Positions 29,315 to 40,087 of a stretch of 64,000 nt of DNA are shown piece by piece; position 1 is the stretch's first letter; every line of letters starts with the position of its first letter. Below the pieces are notes generated by a model. It was not told the DNA's origin. It was given only the letters and a program-made list of their open reading frames with translations, and searched no databases. Position numbers and translations under genes: made by a program. The DNA comes from Sphingobium sp. (GTDB taxonomy: Bacteria > Pseudomonadota > Alphaproteobacteria > Sphingomonadales > Sphingomonadaceae), in assembly GCA_036384035.1 (NCBI GenBank), contig DASVND010000035.1, positions 155,022 to 219,021 of the forward strand. The letters run 5' to 3'.

Positions 29315-30533
29315 TGGCCACTTTCTCGATCAGGCGGTTGGCGACGGCATTTTTGGGCAGGTCTTCCCAGTTCTCGGCGCCGTCGGCGGTAATGATTACA
29401 ACCCGGTTGGCGTCGCCACCCATCACGTCGCCCGACACGTCGTTGGCGACGATCCAGTCGGCGCCTTTCTTCGCGAGCTTGGCGCGGGCATGCTCCTCCA
29501 GCTTCTGCGTTTCGGCGGCGAAACCGATGAGCAAGGCGGGGCGACTGGCGTGATGGCCGAGCGTCGCGAGGATATCCGGATTCTCGGTGAGCGCGAGCGG
29601 TTCAGGGGCGTTTCCGGCCTTCTTGATCTTCTGGTCCGCTGGGGCCTGCGCGCGCCAGTCGGCGACGGCAGCGACCATGATCGCGACATCGGCGGGAAGC
29701 ACGGCTTCCACGGCTTCCAGCATCTGCTGTGCGGTCTGGACATCGATCCGGTCGACGCCGGCGGGTGTAGGCAGTGTCACCGGCCCTGCGACCAGCGTAA
29801 CGCGCGCTCCGGCGGCGGCGGCGGCGCGGGCGATGGCGAAGCCCTGCTTTCCTGAAGAGCGGTTGGCGATGTAGCGCACCGGGTCGATCGGCTCATGCGT
29901 GGGGCCTGCCGTCACCAGAATGTGGCGTCCGGCAAGGGGTTGTTCCGGCCCGGCGAAATCGGGCTGGCCGCTGAGCGGATCAGGCAGGCGTGGTGCGGCG
30001 AGAAGTCGTTTGATCTCCGCATGGATCGCTTCGGGCTCCGGCAGGCGACCCTTGCCATATTCGCCGCAGGCCATCGCCCCGCTGTCCGGCTCCAATATGT
30101 GGATGCCGTCGGCATGCAGCCGCTCCAGATTGCGCTGCGTCGCCTTGTGATGCCACATGCGCACATTCATCGCGGGAACCGCCAGCACCGGCTTGTCAGT
30201 GGCGAGCAGGATGGTGGTGGCAAGGTCGTCGGCGATCCCCGCCGCCATTTTCGCCAGTATGTCCGCGGTGGCCGGGGCGACGACGATCAGGTCGGCCTGA
30301 CGGCTGAGCTGGATATGGCCGATCTCCCGTTCTTCCTTCAGGTCGAACATGTCGCCATAGACATGATCCTCCGTCAGCACGCCCAGCGACAGCGGCGTCA
30401 CGAACTTCTCCGCGCTCTTCGTCATCACTGCGCGCACGGCAATGCCGTCACGGCGGAGCAGGCGGACCAGCTCCAGCGCCTTGTATGCCGCGATGCCGCC
30501 GGAGACGATGAGGAGGATGCGGGGTTGGGTCAT
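29286..30533 (-). CDS. coaBC: Bifunctional phosphopantothenoylcysteine decarboxylase / phosphopantothenate-cysteine ligase
   Basis: [45 protein letters not shown]. Confidence 0.96.
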   Translation of the reverse strand: MTQPRILLIVSGGIAAYKALELVRLLRRDGIAVRAVMTKSAEKFVTPLSLGVLTEDHVYGDMFDLKEEREIGHIQLSRQADLIVVAPATADILAKMAAGIADDLATTILLATDKPVLAVPAMNVRMWHHKATQRNLERLHADGIHILEPDSGAMACGEYGKGRLPEPEAIHAEIKRLLAAPRLPDPLSGQPDFAGPEQPLAGRHILVTAGPTHEPIDPVRYIANRSSGKQGFAIARAAAAAGARVTLVAGPVTLPTPAGVDRIDVQTAQQMLEAVEAVLPADVAIMVAAVADWRAQAPADQKIKKAGNAPEPLALTENPDILATLGHHASRPALLIGFAAETQKLEEHARAKLAKKGADWIVANDVSGDVMGGDANRVVIITADGAENWEDLPKNAVANRLIEKVANALTSPADD

Positions 30534-30874
30534 TCGGAGAGGCGGCTCAGTTCTTCGCGGCACAACAGGAGCAGCCCATCTAGTTCAGTTGTTGCCGCGT
30601 GCCAAACGGTCGTGGCGTTGACGCCGAAATAGTCATGACTGATGACATTGCGCATCGCATAGATTGCAGACCAAGGGATATGCGGTTGGCGCGCTTTCAA
30701 TGCGGCAGATAGTTTGTGCGAGGCTTCGCCGATGTGCATCATGCGGAAGGATGTCAGGTCCATTTCGTCCTGATCCCGCAAAAACTCGTCCTGTGACTTT
30801 CCAGCCAAACGACGTTGCACATGCCCAATGAGTTCCGCGATGAGTTCGAGCCGGTCAATATCGCGATAGGACAT
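30530..30874 (-). CDS. HepT-like (DUF86) HEPN ribonuclease toxin
   Basis: IGEA...IPWSAIYAMRNVISHDYFGV carrying the R-x4-H-x-Y motif. Confidence 0.88.
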   Translation of the reverse strand: MSYRDIDRLELIAELIGHVQRRLAGKSQDEFLRDQDEMDLTSFRMMHIGEASHKLSAALKARQPHIPWSAIYAMRNVISHDYFGVNATTVWHAATTELDGLLLLCREELSRLSE

Positions 30875-30882
30875 GACGTTCG

Positions 30883-31179
30883 TCAGAAGACCTGCACCAT
30901 GTCTGTCTCCGCTCGCGCGAGAATGCGCGGCCGCATAGACTGTCGTTCAACCAGATCGACCTGGCTGCCCATCAGCTCCTCCATTTTGAGGAGCATGCCG
31001 GCAAATGCGATAAGTCCAATGCGACGGGCCGGGTCCAGCTCACACATAAGATCGATATCGGACTGTGCGTTTGCCTCATTCCTGGCAGTCGAACCGAACA
31101 GGTAGAGCGCAGCCATTCCCCCGGCGCGAAGTTCTCCTTCGTGCGGCTTGATCCGGGCTATGGCTTCCTCGCGGGTCAT
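30883..31179 (-). CDS. Minimal nucleotidyltransferase (MNT/MntA) antitoxin
   Basis: LYLFGSTARNEANAQSDIDL (GS-x10-DxD) and VDLV; ATG at 31179. Confidence 0.88.
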   Translation of the reverse strand: MTREEAIARIKPHEGELRAGGMAALYLFGSTARNEANAQSDIDLMCELDPARRIGLIAFAGMLLKMEELMGSQVDLVERQSMRPRILARAETDMVQVF

Positions 31180-31184
31180 GCCCC

Positions 31185-32717
31185 TCAAGATAATAGCAAA
31201 GTCGCCGCCGCGCCAGCCGCAGCCGCAATCACCGCCACCAGCGCATATTTCCACCCGCCGCCGACACGGATCAGCTTCACTTCGGTCAGCGGCGGCGGGG
31301 GTGGCGCGCCGCCCTTTTCGGGGAAGGCGTCCTCTATGCGGCGGACGAGATCGGGCAGGCGTTGCAGGGTGCGGACATTGCGGATCAGGCCGTCGGCCAG
31401 CGCGGCCTCCGGCCCCAGTTCGGTGCGCAGCCATTCCTTCACATAGGGGCCGCTCGTCTCCCACATGTTAATTTGGGGGTCGAGCGCGGTGGCGACGCCC
31501 TCGACCATCACCATCGTCTTCTGCAGGAGCAGCAGGTGCGGCTGGGTCTGCATGTCGAAATCGCGGGTGATGGCGAACAGGCCGTCCAGCATACCGCCGA
31601 CCGACAATTCGCTGACGGGCTTGCCGCGCATCGGCTCACCGACGGCGCGCAGGGCTGTGGCGAATTCGGCGACGTCATGATGGGCGGGCACATATTGCGC
31701 CTCAAAATGAATCTCGGCGACGCGGCGGTAATTGCCGGTGATCAGGCCGTAGAGAATTTCCGCCAGCCACATGCGCGCGCGTCGGTCGATCCGGCCCATG
31801 ATGCCGAAATCGATCGCAGCGATGTCGCCGGACGGCGTCACGAACAGGTTCCCCTGATGCATGTCGGCGTGGAAGAAGCCCTCGGCGATCGCCTGCCGCA
31901 GGAAGGCGTTGACCAGCCGCGCGGCGATGGCCTTCAGGTCATGACCAGCGGCGACCAGGGCGGCGCGGTCGGATATCTTGACCCCGTCGACCCACGCCAT
32001 CGTCATGACCCGGCCGCTCGTGCGGTCCCAATCGATGGCGGGGATGGTGTAGCCGGGCATGGCCTGCATCGCCTCGGCCAGTTCGGAGGCGGATGCGGCT
32101 TCGCGCCGCAGGTCGAGTTCGCGCGCCGTCCAGCGTTTGAGGTTCGCGATGACGAGCCGGGGGCGCAGGCGCGCGACCTCTCCGCCGAGCTGTTCCAGAT
32201 GCGCGGCGGCCCATTCATAGGTCTGGATGTCGCGGTTGAACTGGTCGATGACGCCGGGGCGCAGCACCTTGACGGCGACGTCGCGGCCTTCCGTCGTGCG
32301 GGCGCGATGGACCTGCGCGATGGAGGCGGCGCCGACCGGGATTTCGTCGAAGCTGGCGTAGATTTCTTCGAGCGGGCGGCCGAAGCTGGATTCGATCTGC
32401 GCGCGGATGGTGTCGAACGGTACTGGCGGCAATGCGTCCTGGAGGCGCAGCAGATCCTGCGTCGCTTCCTCACCGACCAGGTCGGGGCGGGTGGCGAGCG
32501 TCTGTCCGAGCTTGATCGCCGCCGGGCCGATCGCCTGGAAGGCATCGGCATAATGGGGCTGTTTCGGCACGCGTGCGCCCAGCCGGGCGATCCGGGCGAG
32601 GCGGCGGACCGGGACGGGCGTCATCGGATCGCGCTCGATGCCGGTGAGCGCCCCGTGCCGCGCGAGCGTCCGTCCCCATTTCAGGAGCCGCCAGAGATGG
32701 GTGATGTGGCTGGTCAA
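31185..32717 (-). CDS. ubiB: Ubiquinone biosynthesis kinase-like protein UbiB
   Basis: IKLGQTLATRPD, AASIAQVH, VAVKVLRP, FFHADMHQGN, DFGIMG; TTG start. Confidence 0.95.
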   Translation of the reverse strand: MTSHITHLWRLLKWGRTLARHGALTGIERDPMTPVPVRRLARIARLGARVPKQPHYADAFQAIGPAAIKLGQTLATRPDLVGEEATQDLLRLQDALPPVPFDTIRAQIESSFGRPLEEIYASFDEIPVGAASIAQVHRARTTEGRDVAVKVLRPGVIDQFNRDIQTYEWAAAHLEQLGGEVARLRPRLVIANLKRWTARELDLRREAASASELAEAMQAMPGYTIPAIDWDRTSGRVMTMAWVDGVKISDRAALVAAGHDLKAIAARLVNAFLRQAIAEGFFHADMHQGNLFVTPSGDIAAIDFGIMGRIDRRARMWLAEILYGLITGNYRRVAEIHFEAQYVPAHHDVAEFATALRAVGEPMRGKPVSELSVGGMLDGLFAITRDFDMQTQPHLLLLQKTMVMVEGVATALDPQINMWETSGPYVKEWLRTELGPEAALADGLIRNVRTLQRLPDLVRRIEDAFPEKGGAPPPPPLTEVKLIRVGGGWKYALVAVIAAAAGAAATLLLS

Positions 32718-32724
32718 GGGTGGA

Positions 32725-33456
32725 TTAGGCCTTCCAGCCGCTGTGGATCGCGACGAGGCCGCCCAGGATCGGTTCCACCTTCGTGCTGATAAAGCCGGCC
32801 TGGCGGATCATCCCCTCGAACTTGGGCATGTCCGGGAAGCGGCGGATCGATTCGATCAGGTAGCGGTAGCTGTCCTCATCCTTCGCGAGTAGTTTGCCGA
32901 GCTTCGGCACGACCTTGTGCGAATAGGTGTCGTAGATGTCGGCGAAACCGGGCCACAGGGTCGCGGAAAATTCCAGGCAGAAGAACCGTCCCCCGAATTT
33001 CAGCACGCGGTGCGCTTCTTCCAGCGCCTGCTGGATATGGGTGACGTTGCGGATGCCGAAGGCGATCGTATAAGCGTCGAAGGCGCGGTCGTTGAAAGTC
33101 AGCGCCTCGGCATTCTGCTCCGACCAGGCGAAGCCGGTCAGCGCTTTCTTCTTCGCGCGCTCCATGCCGACGGCGAGCATTTCCGGGTTGATGTCCGACA
33201 CGGTGATATTCGCGCCGCGCGCGTGCATCCGGAAGGCGATGTCGCCGGTGCCGCCCGCCATGTCCAGGATCGCCTCGCCCGGGCGCGGCTTCACGCGGCG
33301 GACGAACTGATCCTTCCACAGGCGATGCGCGCCGCCCGACATGGCGTCGTTCATCAGGTCGTAGCTGGAGGCGACGTTGGAAAAGACGCCGCGGACCATG
33401 CCGGCCTTTTCCGAAGCGTCGACGTCGCGATAGCCGAAGGAGACTGTGTCGTTCAT
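32725..33456 (-). CDS. ubiE: Ubiquinone/menaquinone C-methyltransferase
   Basis: VFSNVASSYDLMNDAMSGG.HRLWK, LDMAGGTGD, FGIRNVT, YLIESIRRFP. Confidence 0.95.
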   Translation of the reverse strand: MNDTVSFGYRDVDASEKAGMVRGVFSNVASSYDLMNDAMSGGAHRLWKDQFVRRVKPRPGEAILDMAGGTGDIAFRMHARGANITVSDINPEMLAVGMERAKKKALTGFAWSEQNAEALTFNDRAFDAYTIAFGIRNVTHIQQALEEAHRVLKFGGRFFCLEFSATLWPGFADIYDTYSHKVVPKLGKLLAKDEDSYRYLIESIRRFPDMPKFEGMIRQAGFISTKVEPILGGLVAIHSGWKA

Positions 33457-33535
33457 GCGACCCGCTCTAGACAAGGGGGAGCGGGGATTCCAGCGGAGTC
33501 TTGTGGGGTGATGGCCTTGACCCGATCGAACCAAT

Positions 33536-33606
33536 CTCCGTTCGTGTCGAGCGAAGTCGAGACACGGTTGCGCAAGGCTTCTAGACTACGCTCGAAGCGA
33601 ACGGAG
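33536..33606. repeat. REP-like element family A (short form)
   Basis: CTCCGTTCGTGTCGAGCGAAGTCGAGA ... TCTAGACTACGCTCGAAGCGAACGGAG. Confidence 0.85.
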
Positions 33607-33649
33607 GTGGGTGCTCTAAGGAGGTGGGGTCTGTGAGGCCGTTAAGCCC

Positions 33650-35023
33650 TCACCCCGCCACCGGCGCGCCGAAGAGGTCATGGTCGTCGGCGTCCTCGAT
33701 CAGTACGTCGATGATGTCGCCGGGCTTCATATCCTCGCTCACGTCGCGCAGGAAGACGTTGCCGTCGATTTCCGGCGCGTCGGCCTGGCTGCGCGCGGTC
33801 GCGCCGATGCTGCCATCCTCTTCGTCAGGCTCCCCGACCTCGTCGATGATGACGGGCAGGGTGCGGCCGACCTTCGCCTGCAGCTTGGCGGCGGAGATGG
33901 CTGCGGTCTTTTCCATGATCCGCTGGTAGCGCTCTTCCTTCACCTCTTCGGGCACCGGATTGTCGAGCGCGTTCGCCGCCGCGCCCTCGACCGCCTCGAA
34001 CCGGAATGCGCCGACGCGATCAAGCTGGGCTTCCTCCAGCCAGTTCAGCAGATATTGGAAATCCTCTTCGGTTTCGCCGGGGAAGCCGACGACGAAGCTG
34101 GAGCGGATGGCGATGTCCGGAGCGATGCTGCGCCAGTTGCGGATGCGGTCCAGCACCTTCGCCTCGTTCGCCGGGCGCTTCATGCGCTTGAGAACGGCCG
34201 GCGCGGCATGCTGGAACGGAATGTCGAGATAGGGGGTCAGCAGGCCCTCGGCCATCAGCGGGATGACATGATCGACATGCGGATAGGGATAGACATAGTG
34301 CAGCCGCACCCAAGGCGCATGCCCGTCGGCCGTGCGAAGCTGCCCAAGTTCCCGCGCCATATCAGTCATGTGCGCGCGCACTTCGCGGCCATGCCACATG
34401 CGTGGTTCATGGCGCGTATCCACGCCGTAAGCGGACGTGTCCTGGCTGATGACCAGCAGTTCCTTGGTGCCAGCCGAAACCAGTTTCTCTGCTTCGCGCA
34501 GCACCGCGTCGATGCGGCGGCTGACAAGGTCGCCGCGCAGCGAGGGGATGATGCAGAAGGAACAGCGGTGGTTGCAGCCCTCGGAAATCTTCAGGTAGCT
34601 GTAGTGGCGCGGCGTCAACTTCAGGCCGCCCTCCGGCACCAGATCGACAAAGGCGTTGGGCACAGGCGGGGACGCCTCATGCACCGCATTGACGACCTGC
34701 TCATATTGATGCGCGCCGGTGACCGCGAGGACCGTCGGGAAGCGCGCGCGGATCAATTCCGCCTCATTGCCCATACAGCCGGTGACGATGACGCGGCCAT
34801 TTTCCGCGATCGCCTCGCCGATCGCCTCCAGCGATTCCTCCTTGGCGGAATCGAGAAAACCGCAGGTGTTGACCAGCACGACGTCGGCCCCGGCATAGTC
34901 GGGGGACATCTGATAGCCGTCGGAACGCAGCTTGGTGAGGATGCGCTCGCTGTCGACCAGCGCCTTGGGACAGCCAAGCGACACCATGCCGACCTTGGGC
35001 GCGGGGGGGAATGCAGTTGCCAT
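33650..35023 (-). CDS. rimO: Ribosomal protein S12 methylthiotransferase
   Basis: [17 protein letters not shown], radical-SAM [12 protein letters not shown] domain DAPEIDG. Confidence 0.96.
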   Translation of the reverse strand: MATAFPPAPKVGMVSLGCPKALVDSERILTKLRSDGYQMSPDYAGADVVLVNTCGFLDSAKEESLEAIGEAIAENGRVIVTGCMGNEAELIRARFPTVLAVTGAHQYEQVVNAVHEASPPVPNAFVDLVPEGGLKLTPRHYSYLKISEGCNHRCSFCIIPSLRGDLVSRRIDAVLREAEKLVSAGTKELLVISQDTSAYGVDTRHEPRMWHGREVRAHMTDMARELGQLRTADGHAPWVRLHYVYPYPHVDHVIPLMAEGLLTPYLDIPFQHAAPAVLKRMKRPANEAKVLDRIRNWRSIAPDIAIRSSFVVGFPGETEEDFQYLLNWLEEAQLDRVGAFRFEAVEGAAANALDNPVPEEVKEERYQRIMEKTAAISAAKLQAKVGRTLPVIIDEVGEPDEEDGSIGATARSQADAPEIDGNVFLRDVSEDMKPGDIIDVLIEDADDHDLFGAPVAG

Positions 35024-35059
35024 GATTGCCGCGGCACATAGTGTTTCCCGGGGCAAATG

Positions 35060-35746
35060 TCACGGGGTGCGATTGCGGGGCTTCATGTCCTTGCGCAGCG
35101 TCTTCATCAGCCAGGGTTTGATCGGACTTGAGGTGCCCGCCTTGCCGTCGATCCGTTCGGCCCGGATCAGCGTCACGGGCTTCAGCAGTTTCTGCCCGCG
35201 CATCGCGCCTTCGCCGCCGCCGGTGGGCATGGCGAGGATGCGGCGCACCGTATCCATGCCCCCAACGACATGACCGAAGGCGGCATAGCCGGGATAGGCC
35301 CCGGCAGCGTCCATATTGGGTGTCGATCCCACGGTCAGGAAGAAATTGCCCATCGCCGACCCGGGCGCGTTGCGCGCCATGGAGATGGTCGCGTCCTGAT
35401 GCGTGATGCCGGTCATCGTCGTCGGCTCATGCGGGATGGCGGGCAGGGTGCGGCGAGCGTCGGTGCCGACACCGCCCTGGATGAAGCCGAGCTTGGGGTC
35501 GGTCTTGCGCCGCGCCGCGCGATAGAATTGCGTGTCGTCGAACCGACCATCGTCGACATAGGCGAGGAAATTGGCGGTCGTCTTCGGCGCATGGCGTGCA
35601 TCCAGCGCGACGGTGATCGCGCCGACGCTGGTGACCAGGCGGACGCGGACGAAGCCGGGCGTCGGCTTGTTCGCCATCTGCGCCGCCGCCGGAGGGGCGA
35701 ACGCGATCAGGATCATCAGGGCGAGGGAGAGGAGGATGTGCCGCAT
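35060..35746 (-). CDS. Cyclophilin-type peptidylprolyl isomerase (exported)
   Basis: APKTTANFLAYV, FIQGG, ISMAR, YAAFGHVV; signal peptide. Confidence 0.88.
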   Translation of the reverse strand: MRHILLSLALMILIAFAPPAAAQMANKPTPGFVRVRLVTSVGAITVALDARHAPKTTANFLAYVDDGRFDDTQFYRAARRKTDPKLGFIQGGVGTDARRTLPAIPHEPTTMTGITHQDATISMARNAPGSAMGNFFLTVGSTPNMDAAGAYPGYAAFGHVVGGMDTVRRILAMPTGGGEGAMRGQKLLKPVTLIRAERIDGKAGTSSPIKPWLMKTLRKDMKPRNRTP

Positions 35747-35815
35747 CGTCCCGGTTGGGCTAGATGGCGGGACGGGCGGGCGCAAGGGCGATTGGTCGCA
35801 AAACTTTCCCTGCCA

Positions 35816-35912
35816 CCGTTCGGGCTGAGCGAAGTCGAAGCCTTCGCCTGAACGGAGTGAAGGCACTTCGCGATGCTCAGTGGAGCCCTTCGACTTCGCT
35901 CAGGGTGAACGG
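35816..35912. repeat. REP-like element family A (long, nested form)
   Basis: CCGTTCGGGCTGAGCGAAGTCGAAG ... CTTCGACTTCGCTCAGGGTGAACGG. Confidence 0.85.
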
Positions 35913-35924
35913 AAGAGAGAGCAT

Positions 35925-36566
35925 TTACAACTCCAGCACCGGCACCTTGAACATATTCTCCGGACAGTTCACCGCCTGCCGCGCGAATACGAAGCAGTCG
36001 TCCACCCGGATGCCCCTTTCCGCAAGGAAGCTGACGGCGGCGCGGATATGCGTGCCGGTGGTCATCACATCATCGAGCAGGACGACGCGTCGGGGCGGCA
36101 CGGGCATGTCGGCGGCGCGCAGGTTGACGCGCAGGGCCGTCTCCGTTCGTCGGCGGCTGGCGGAGGATGCCGGCACCGCGCGGGAGAAATGCAGCATCGG
36201 CAGCGCCATATAGTTGGGGTCGCGCAGTGTGATGGACCGGGCGATGCGTCCGCCGACGAAATCGCTGCCCGGCCGCGTATGTGTCGACGAGGGGATGGGA
36301 ATGATCGCCGCGCCCTGATCATAACCGGCCGCCTTGATGGCGCGCAGCATCAGCCGGGACGCCAGCATCAATGGCGTCTCCGGCCTGCTGGCCGCGTTGG
36401 AACCCAGGCCGATGCCGAAGCCGGTCATGGCATAGCCATAATCCTGCGCAAAGCCGAGCTGCTTGAGCGCGCCGATAAGATTGCGCGCCTCCAGATCAAC
36501 GTCCCGCCATACTTCGGGCCATCCGGCCCCTATCCCCCGGTAATAACAGATCGCATGTACGCGCAG
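35925..36566 (-). CDS. Stand-alone type I phosphoribosyltransferase-fold (ComF-like) protein; probable CTG start
   Basis: PRPP-binding VVLLDDVMTTGTH and IPIPSS motifs. The frame is open 46 codons upstream of the ATG at 36428, up to a CTG preceded by GGAG. Confidence 0.7.
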   Translation of the reverse strand: MRVHAICYYRGIGAGWPEVWRDVDLEARNLIGALKQLGFAQDYGYAMTGFGIGLGSNAASRPETPLMLASRLMLRAIKAAGYDQGAAIIPIPSSTHTRPGSDFVGGRIARSITLRDPNYMALPMLHFSRAVPASSASRRRTETALRVNLRAADMPVPPRRVVLLDDVMTTGTHIRAAVSFLAERGIRVDDCFVFARQAVNCPENMFKVPVLEL

Positions 36567-36706
36567 CGCCCCACTCCGCCCCCGAGAATCGACGCCGTGA
36601 CGCTATGGGGCTTTTGCAACATGCCGATTGCAAAGAACGCATTGGTTAACGGCGTATCATTACGGGACAGTATCGAAGAGGATCGCCCCATGCTGCAACG
36701 CAAAAA

Positions 36707-37789
36707 TTAGCCGGTAGAATCATCCACTTCGGTTCTATCTGCGGCTTCGCGGTCTGGGCCGTTGCCCGGCAACACTTCGACAATCATATCGCCGGCCAGC
36801 AAAGTTTTTGCGCCATCCTCCCAGAATCCGATGGGTTTGCCGTTTCGATAGATGCGCAGGGCCACGCCTGGGTTCGCCGCCAACAGCGGTTTTCCGACCT
36901 CATCGGGGCGCACCATGCGCTCGCCAAGCTGCACGCGCCCGCCCGCCGAGGCGAGGTCCGCCATGTAAGCGGCGATATGCGGGCCGGAGCAGCTGCCCGC
37001 GAGCAGCAGCCCCGCAAAGCTGACCGGATTGATGACGGTCGTCGCGCCCGCCTGTCGCGCGGGCAGCTCATTGTCCTCGTTCCGCACGACGATGCTGATC
37101 GGTAGCTTGGGCGCCAGGTGCCGGGCGGTCAGGGTGATGAGGATCGACGTGTCGTCCCGCCCCGCCGACACGATCATCGTGCGCGCCCGATCGATCCGCA
37201 CATCCTTCAGCGTCCGGTCGCGGGTGGCGTCGCCGCACAGGATGTTGCAGCCCAGCTCCTCGGCAACGTTTAGCGCCTTCTCGCCCGTGTCGATCACGAC
37301 GATCTCGTGCGGGTCGGTGCCGCGGGAGAGCAGTTCGTTCACCGCCTCATTGCCGCTGGTGCCGAAGCCGGCGACGACGATATGGTTGTGCAGGTCATTT
37401 TGAATGCGTGCCATGCGCCACCTGTAGAGGATGTTGCGGAAGAAGAGGCTATAGGCCGTGCCGAGGAAGATCAGCCAGATGAACAGGCGGATCGGCGTGA
37501 CGATCACGGTTTCGAACAGGCGCGCGTCCGGTGTGACGGGCACGATGTCGCCATAGCCGACCGTCGTCACCGTGACGGTCGTGAAGTAGAGCACGTCGAT
37601 GAAGCTGATATGATTGTCGTAGTTGTCCTTGAGACCATCACGACCGACCCAGTGGAGCAGCAGCACCGCCCCGCCGAGAAAAAGGATCAGCGCGATCCGC
37701 CAGGCAAGATCCGCCCAGACCGGCAGCGCGGAGCGGCGGCGCAGGAAGCCGTTGCCCTCACGCGGCGGGGGCTGGTGGAGGCGCATCAC
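36707..37789 (-). CDS. Potassium channel protein with RCK/TrkA-N domain
   Basis: Selectivity filter TTVGYGD; HIVVAGFGTSG; GDAT. Confidence 0.93.
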   Translation of the reverse strand: MMRLHQPPPREGNGFLRRRSALPVWADLAWRIALILFLGGAVLLLHWVGRDGLKDNYDNHISFIDVLYFTTVTVTTVGYGDIVPVTPDARLFETVIVTPIRLFIWLIFLGTAYSLFFRNILYRWRMARIQNDLHNHIVVAGFGTSGNEAVNELLSRGTDPHEIVVIDTGEKALNVAEELGCNILCGDATRDRTLKDVRIDRARTMIVSAGRDDTSILITLTARHLAPKLPISIVVRNEDNELPARQAGATTVINPVSFAGLLLAGSCSGPHIAAYMADLASAGGRVQLGERMVRPDEVGKPLLAANPGVALRIYRNGKPIGFWEDGAKTLLAGDMIVEVLPGNGPDREAADRTEVDDSTG

Positions 37790-37851
37790 TGCGCCCCGCT
37801 ATGCATGGGCCGTTGCATTGCCGCGAAGCTAACGGCTTTTATCGCGCCTGC

Positions 37852-38616
37852 CTATGCCTCGAACGCGGCGGCGGTGGCGGCCAGCGATGCGTCATGGGTG
37901 AGGTCGTAATGGAGCGGCGTGACGGTCACATAGCCCTCCGATATCGCCTTGAGGTCGCTGCCCTCAGGCAGGGCGTCACTGTTGCCCAGGTTGAACCAGT
38001 AATAGCGATAGCCGCGCGGATCGGTGCCCTCGACGATGCGGGTGCGGTCGACGTCGTGGAAACCCTGCCGCACGACACGGACGCCCTTCACAGCGGCCGG
38101 GTCGATGGCGGGGAAGTTGACGTTCATCAGCGTGCGCGGACCAGACGGCATGGCGATCAGCGGGCGCAGCACCTTCTCTCCCCATGCCTGCGCACAGGCG
38201 AAGGGCACGGTGTCGCCCATGCCTTCCCGCGAATAGACCTGGCTGAGCGCGATCGACCGGATGCCCGATATGGCCCCCTCCATCGCGGCGGCGACGGTGC
38301 CGGAATAGGTGATGTCCTCGGCCAGGTTCGCGCCGCGATTGACGCCGGACAGGACCAGATCGGGCGGGCTGTCCTTCATCAACTGCCGCACCGCCATCAT
38401 CACCGCGTCGGTCGGCGTGCCACTGACGCTGTAATGCTTTTCGCCATGTTTGCGGATGCGCAGGGGGCGGGTGAGGGTCAGGCTGTGGCCCGCGCCCGAC
38501 TGCTCCTCCATCGGCGCGACGATCCAGATGTCGTCGGACAGGGTGCGGGCGATCGCCTCCAGAACCTTGAGGCCGGGGGCGTGGACGCCGTCGTCATTGG
38601 TGAGGAGGATGCGCAT
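37852..38616 (-). CDS. surE: 5'/3'-nucleotidase SurE
   Basis: MRILLTNDDG, GTPTDAV, SGVNRGAN, YSGTVAAA. Confidence 0.97.
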   Translation of the reverse strand: MRILLTNDDGVHAPGLKVLEAIARTLSDDIWIVAPMEEQSGAGHSLTLTRPLRIRKHGEKHYSVSGTPTDAVMMAVRQLMKDSPPDLVLSGVNRGANLAEDITYSGTVAAAMEGAISGIRSIALSQVYSREGMGDTVPFACAQAWGEKVLRPLIAMPSGPRTLMNVNFPAIDPAAVKGVRVVRQGFHDVDRTRIVEGTDPRGYRYYWFNLGNSDALPEGSDLKAISEGYVTVTPLHYDLTHDASLAATAAAFEA

Positions 38617-38637
38617 GGACTCTTTCCGATACTAAGA

Positions 38638-38707
38638 CCGTTCGTTTCGAGCGAAGTCGAGAAACGGGACTGGGCGAAGGCTTCTCGACTTCGCTCGAAG
38701 CGAACGG
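38638..38707. repeat. REP-like element family A (short form)
   Basis: CCGTTCGTTTCGAGCGAAGTCGAGAA ... TTCTCGACTTCGCTCGAAGCGAACGG. Confidence 0.85.
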
Positions 38708-38714
38708 AGGTTTG

Positions 38715-39995
38715 TCAGGATTTTGGAATGAGCGTCGTGATCCCGCCCATGTACGGCGCCAGAGCATCCGGCACAGTCACGCTGCCATCCGCATTCTGGT
38801 AATTTTCCAGCACCGCGACCAGCGTGCGGCCGACGGCGAGGCCGGAGCCGTTGAGGGTATGAAGGAAGCGCGTCTGCTTCTCGCCCTCCGGCTTGTAGCG
38901 CGCGTTCATGCGCCGCGCCTGGAAGTCGCCGCAGTTCGACACGCTGCTGATCTCGCGGAAAGTGTTCTGGCTGGGCAGCCAGACTTCGAGGTCGAAGGTC
39001 TTGCGCGCGGAAAAGCCCATATCGCCGGTGCACAGCAGCATCTTGCGATAGGGGAGGTTCAGCGCCTGAAGCACGCCCTCCGCCGCGGCGCACATGCGTT
39101 CATGCTCGGCCTCGGATTCCTCGGGGCGGCAGATGGTGACCAGCTCGACCTTCTCGAACTGGTGCTGGCGGATATAGCCGCGCGTGTCGCGGCCCGCCGC
39201 CCCGGCTTCGGAACGGAAGCAGGGGGTGAGCGCGGTGAAGCGCAGCGGCAGGCTTGGTTCCGGCACGATCTGGTCGGCGACGAGGTTGGTCAGGGACACC
39301 TCGGCGGTGGGGATCAGCCAGCGACCGTCGGTGGTGCGGAACAGGTCCTCGGCGAATTTGGGCAACTGGCCGGTGCCGTAGAGCGCGGCGTCGCGCACCA
39401 GCAGGGGCGGGTTGACCTCCTCATAGCCATTCTCGCCCGACTGGCGATCCAGCATGAACTGGGCGAGCGCGCGGTGCAGGCGGGCCATCTGTCCACGCAA
39501 TGCCGTGAAGCGCGCGCCGGAAAGGGCCGCGCCGCCCTCGAAATCGAGGCCCAGGGTCGGACCGAAATCGGCATGATCCTTCGGCGCGAAATCGAAATTG
39601 CGCACCGCGCCCCAGCGGCTGACTTCGACATTGGCGGCTTCGTCCTCGCCCGCGGGCACATCGTCGGCGGGGAGGTTGGGGATGGCGGCGAGGATCCCGT
39701 CAAGCGCTTCGCCGGTTTCCTTCTCCTGCGTCTCCAGATGGGGCAGCCGGTCCTTCAGGGCCGCGACCTCCATCTTGATCTGCTGCGCGAGTTCCGCCTC
39801 CTTGTTCGCCATCGCCTGGCCGATCGCCTTGCTGGCTTCGTTGCGGCGCGCCTGCCCAAGTTGCAGTTCGGTCGCAAATGCGCGCCGCTTCTCGTCCAGT
39901 GAGACGATCTGCTCACTCACAGGATCAAGCCCCCGGCGCGCGAGCGCGGCGTCGAAAGCGGCGGGATTTTCGCGGATGGAGCGGATGTCATGCAT
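38715..39995 (-). CDS. serS: Serine--tRNA ligase
   Basis: [40 protein letters not shown]. Confidence 0.97.
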   Translation of the reverse strand: MHDIRSIRENPAAFDAALARRGLDPVSEQIVSLDEKRRAFATELQLGQARRNEASKAIGQAMANKEAELAQQIKMEVAALKDRLPHLETQEKETGEALDGILAAIPNLPADDVPAGEDEAANVEVSRWGAVRNFDFAPKDHADFGPTLGLDFEGGAALSGARFTALRGQMARLHRALAQFMLDRQSGENGYEEVNPPLLVRDAALYGTGQLPKFAEDLFRTTDGRWLIPTAEVSLTNLVADQIVPEPSLPLRFTALTPCFRSEAGAAGRDTRGYIRQHQFEKVELVTICRPEESEAEHERMCAAAEGVLQALNLPYRKMLLCTGDMGFSARKTFDLEVWLPSQNTFREISSVSNCGDFQARRMNARYKPEGEKQTRFLHTLNGSGLAVGRTLVAVLENYQNADGSVTVPDALAPYMGGITTLIPKS

Positions 39996-40027
39996 GGCCA
40001 GCCCTATGCCGCCGCGCGACGAGCCGC

Positions 40028-40053
40028 GCAACCCTTGGCCCCCGCCGCACGTT
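40028..40053 (+). promoter_or_regulatory. Putative EcfG promoter
   Basis: GCAAC-N17-CGTT, about 35 nt upstream of the host-attachment gene. Confidence 0.5.
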
Positions 40054-40087
40054 AGGAAAGGAGAACCAAGCATAAGGAGATACGGAT

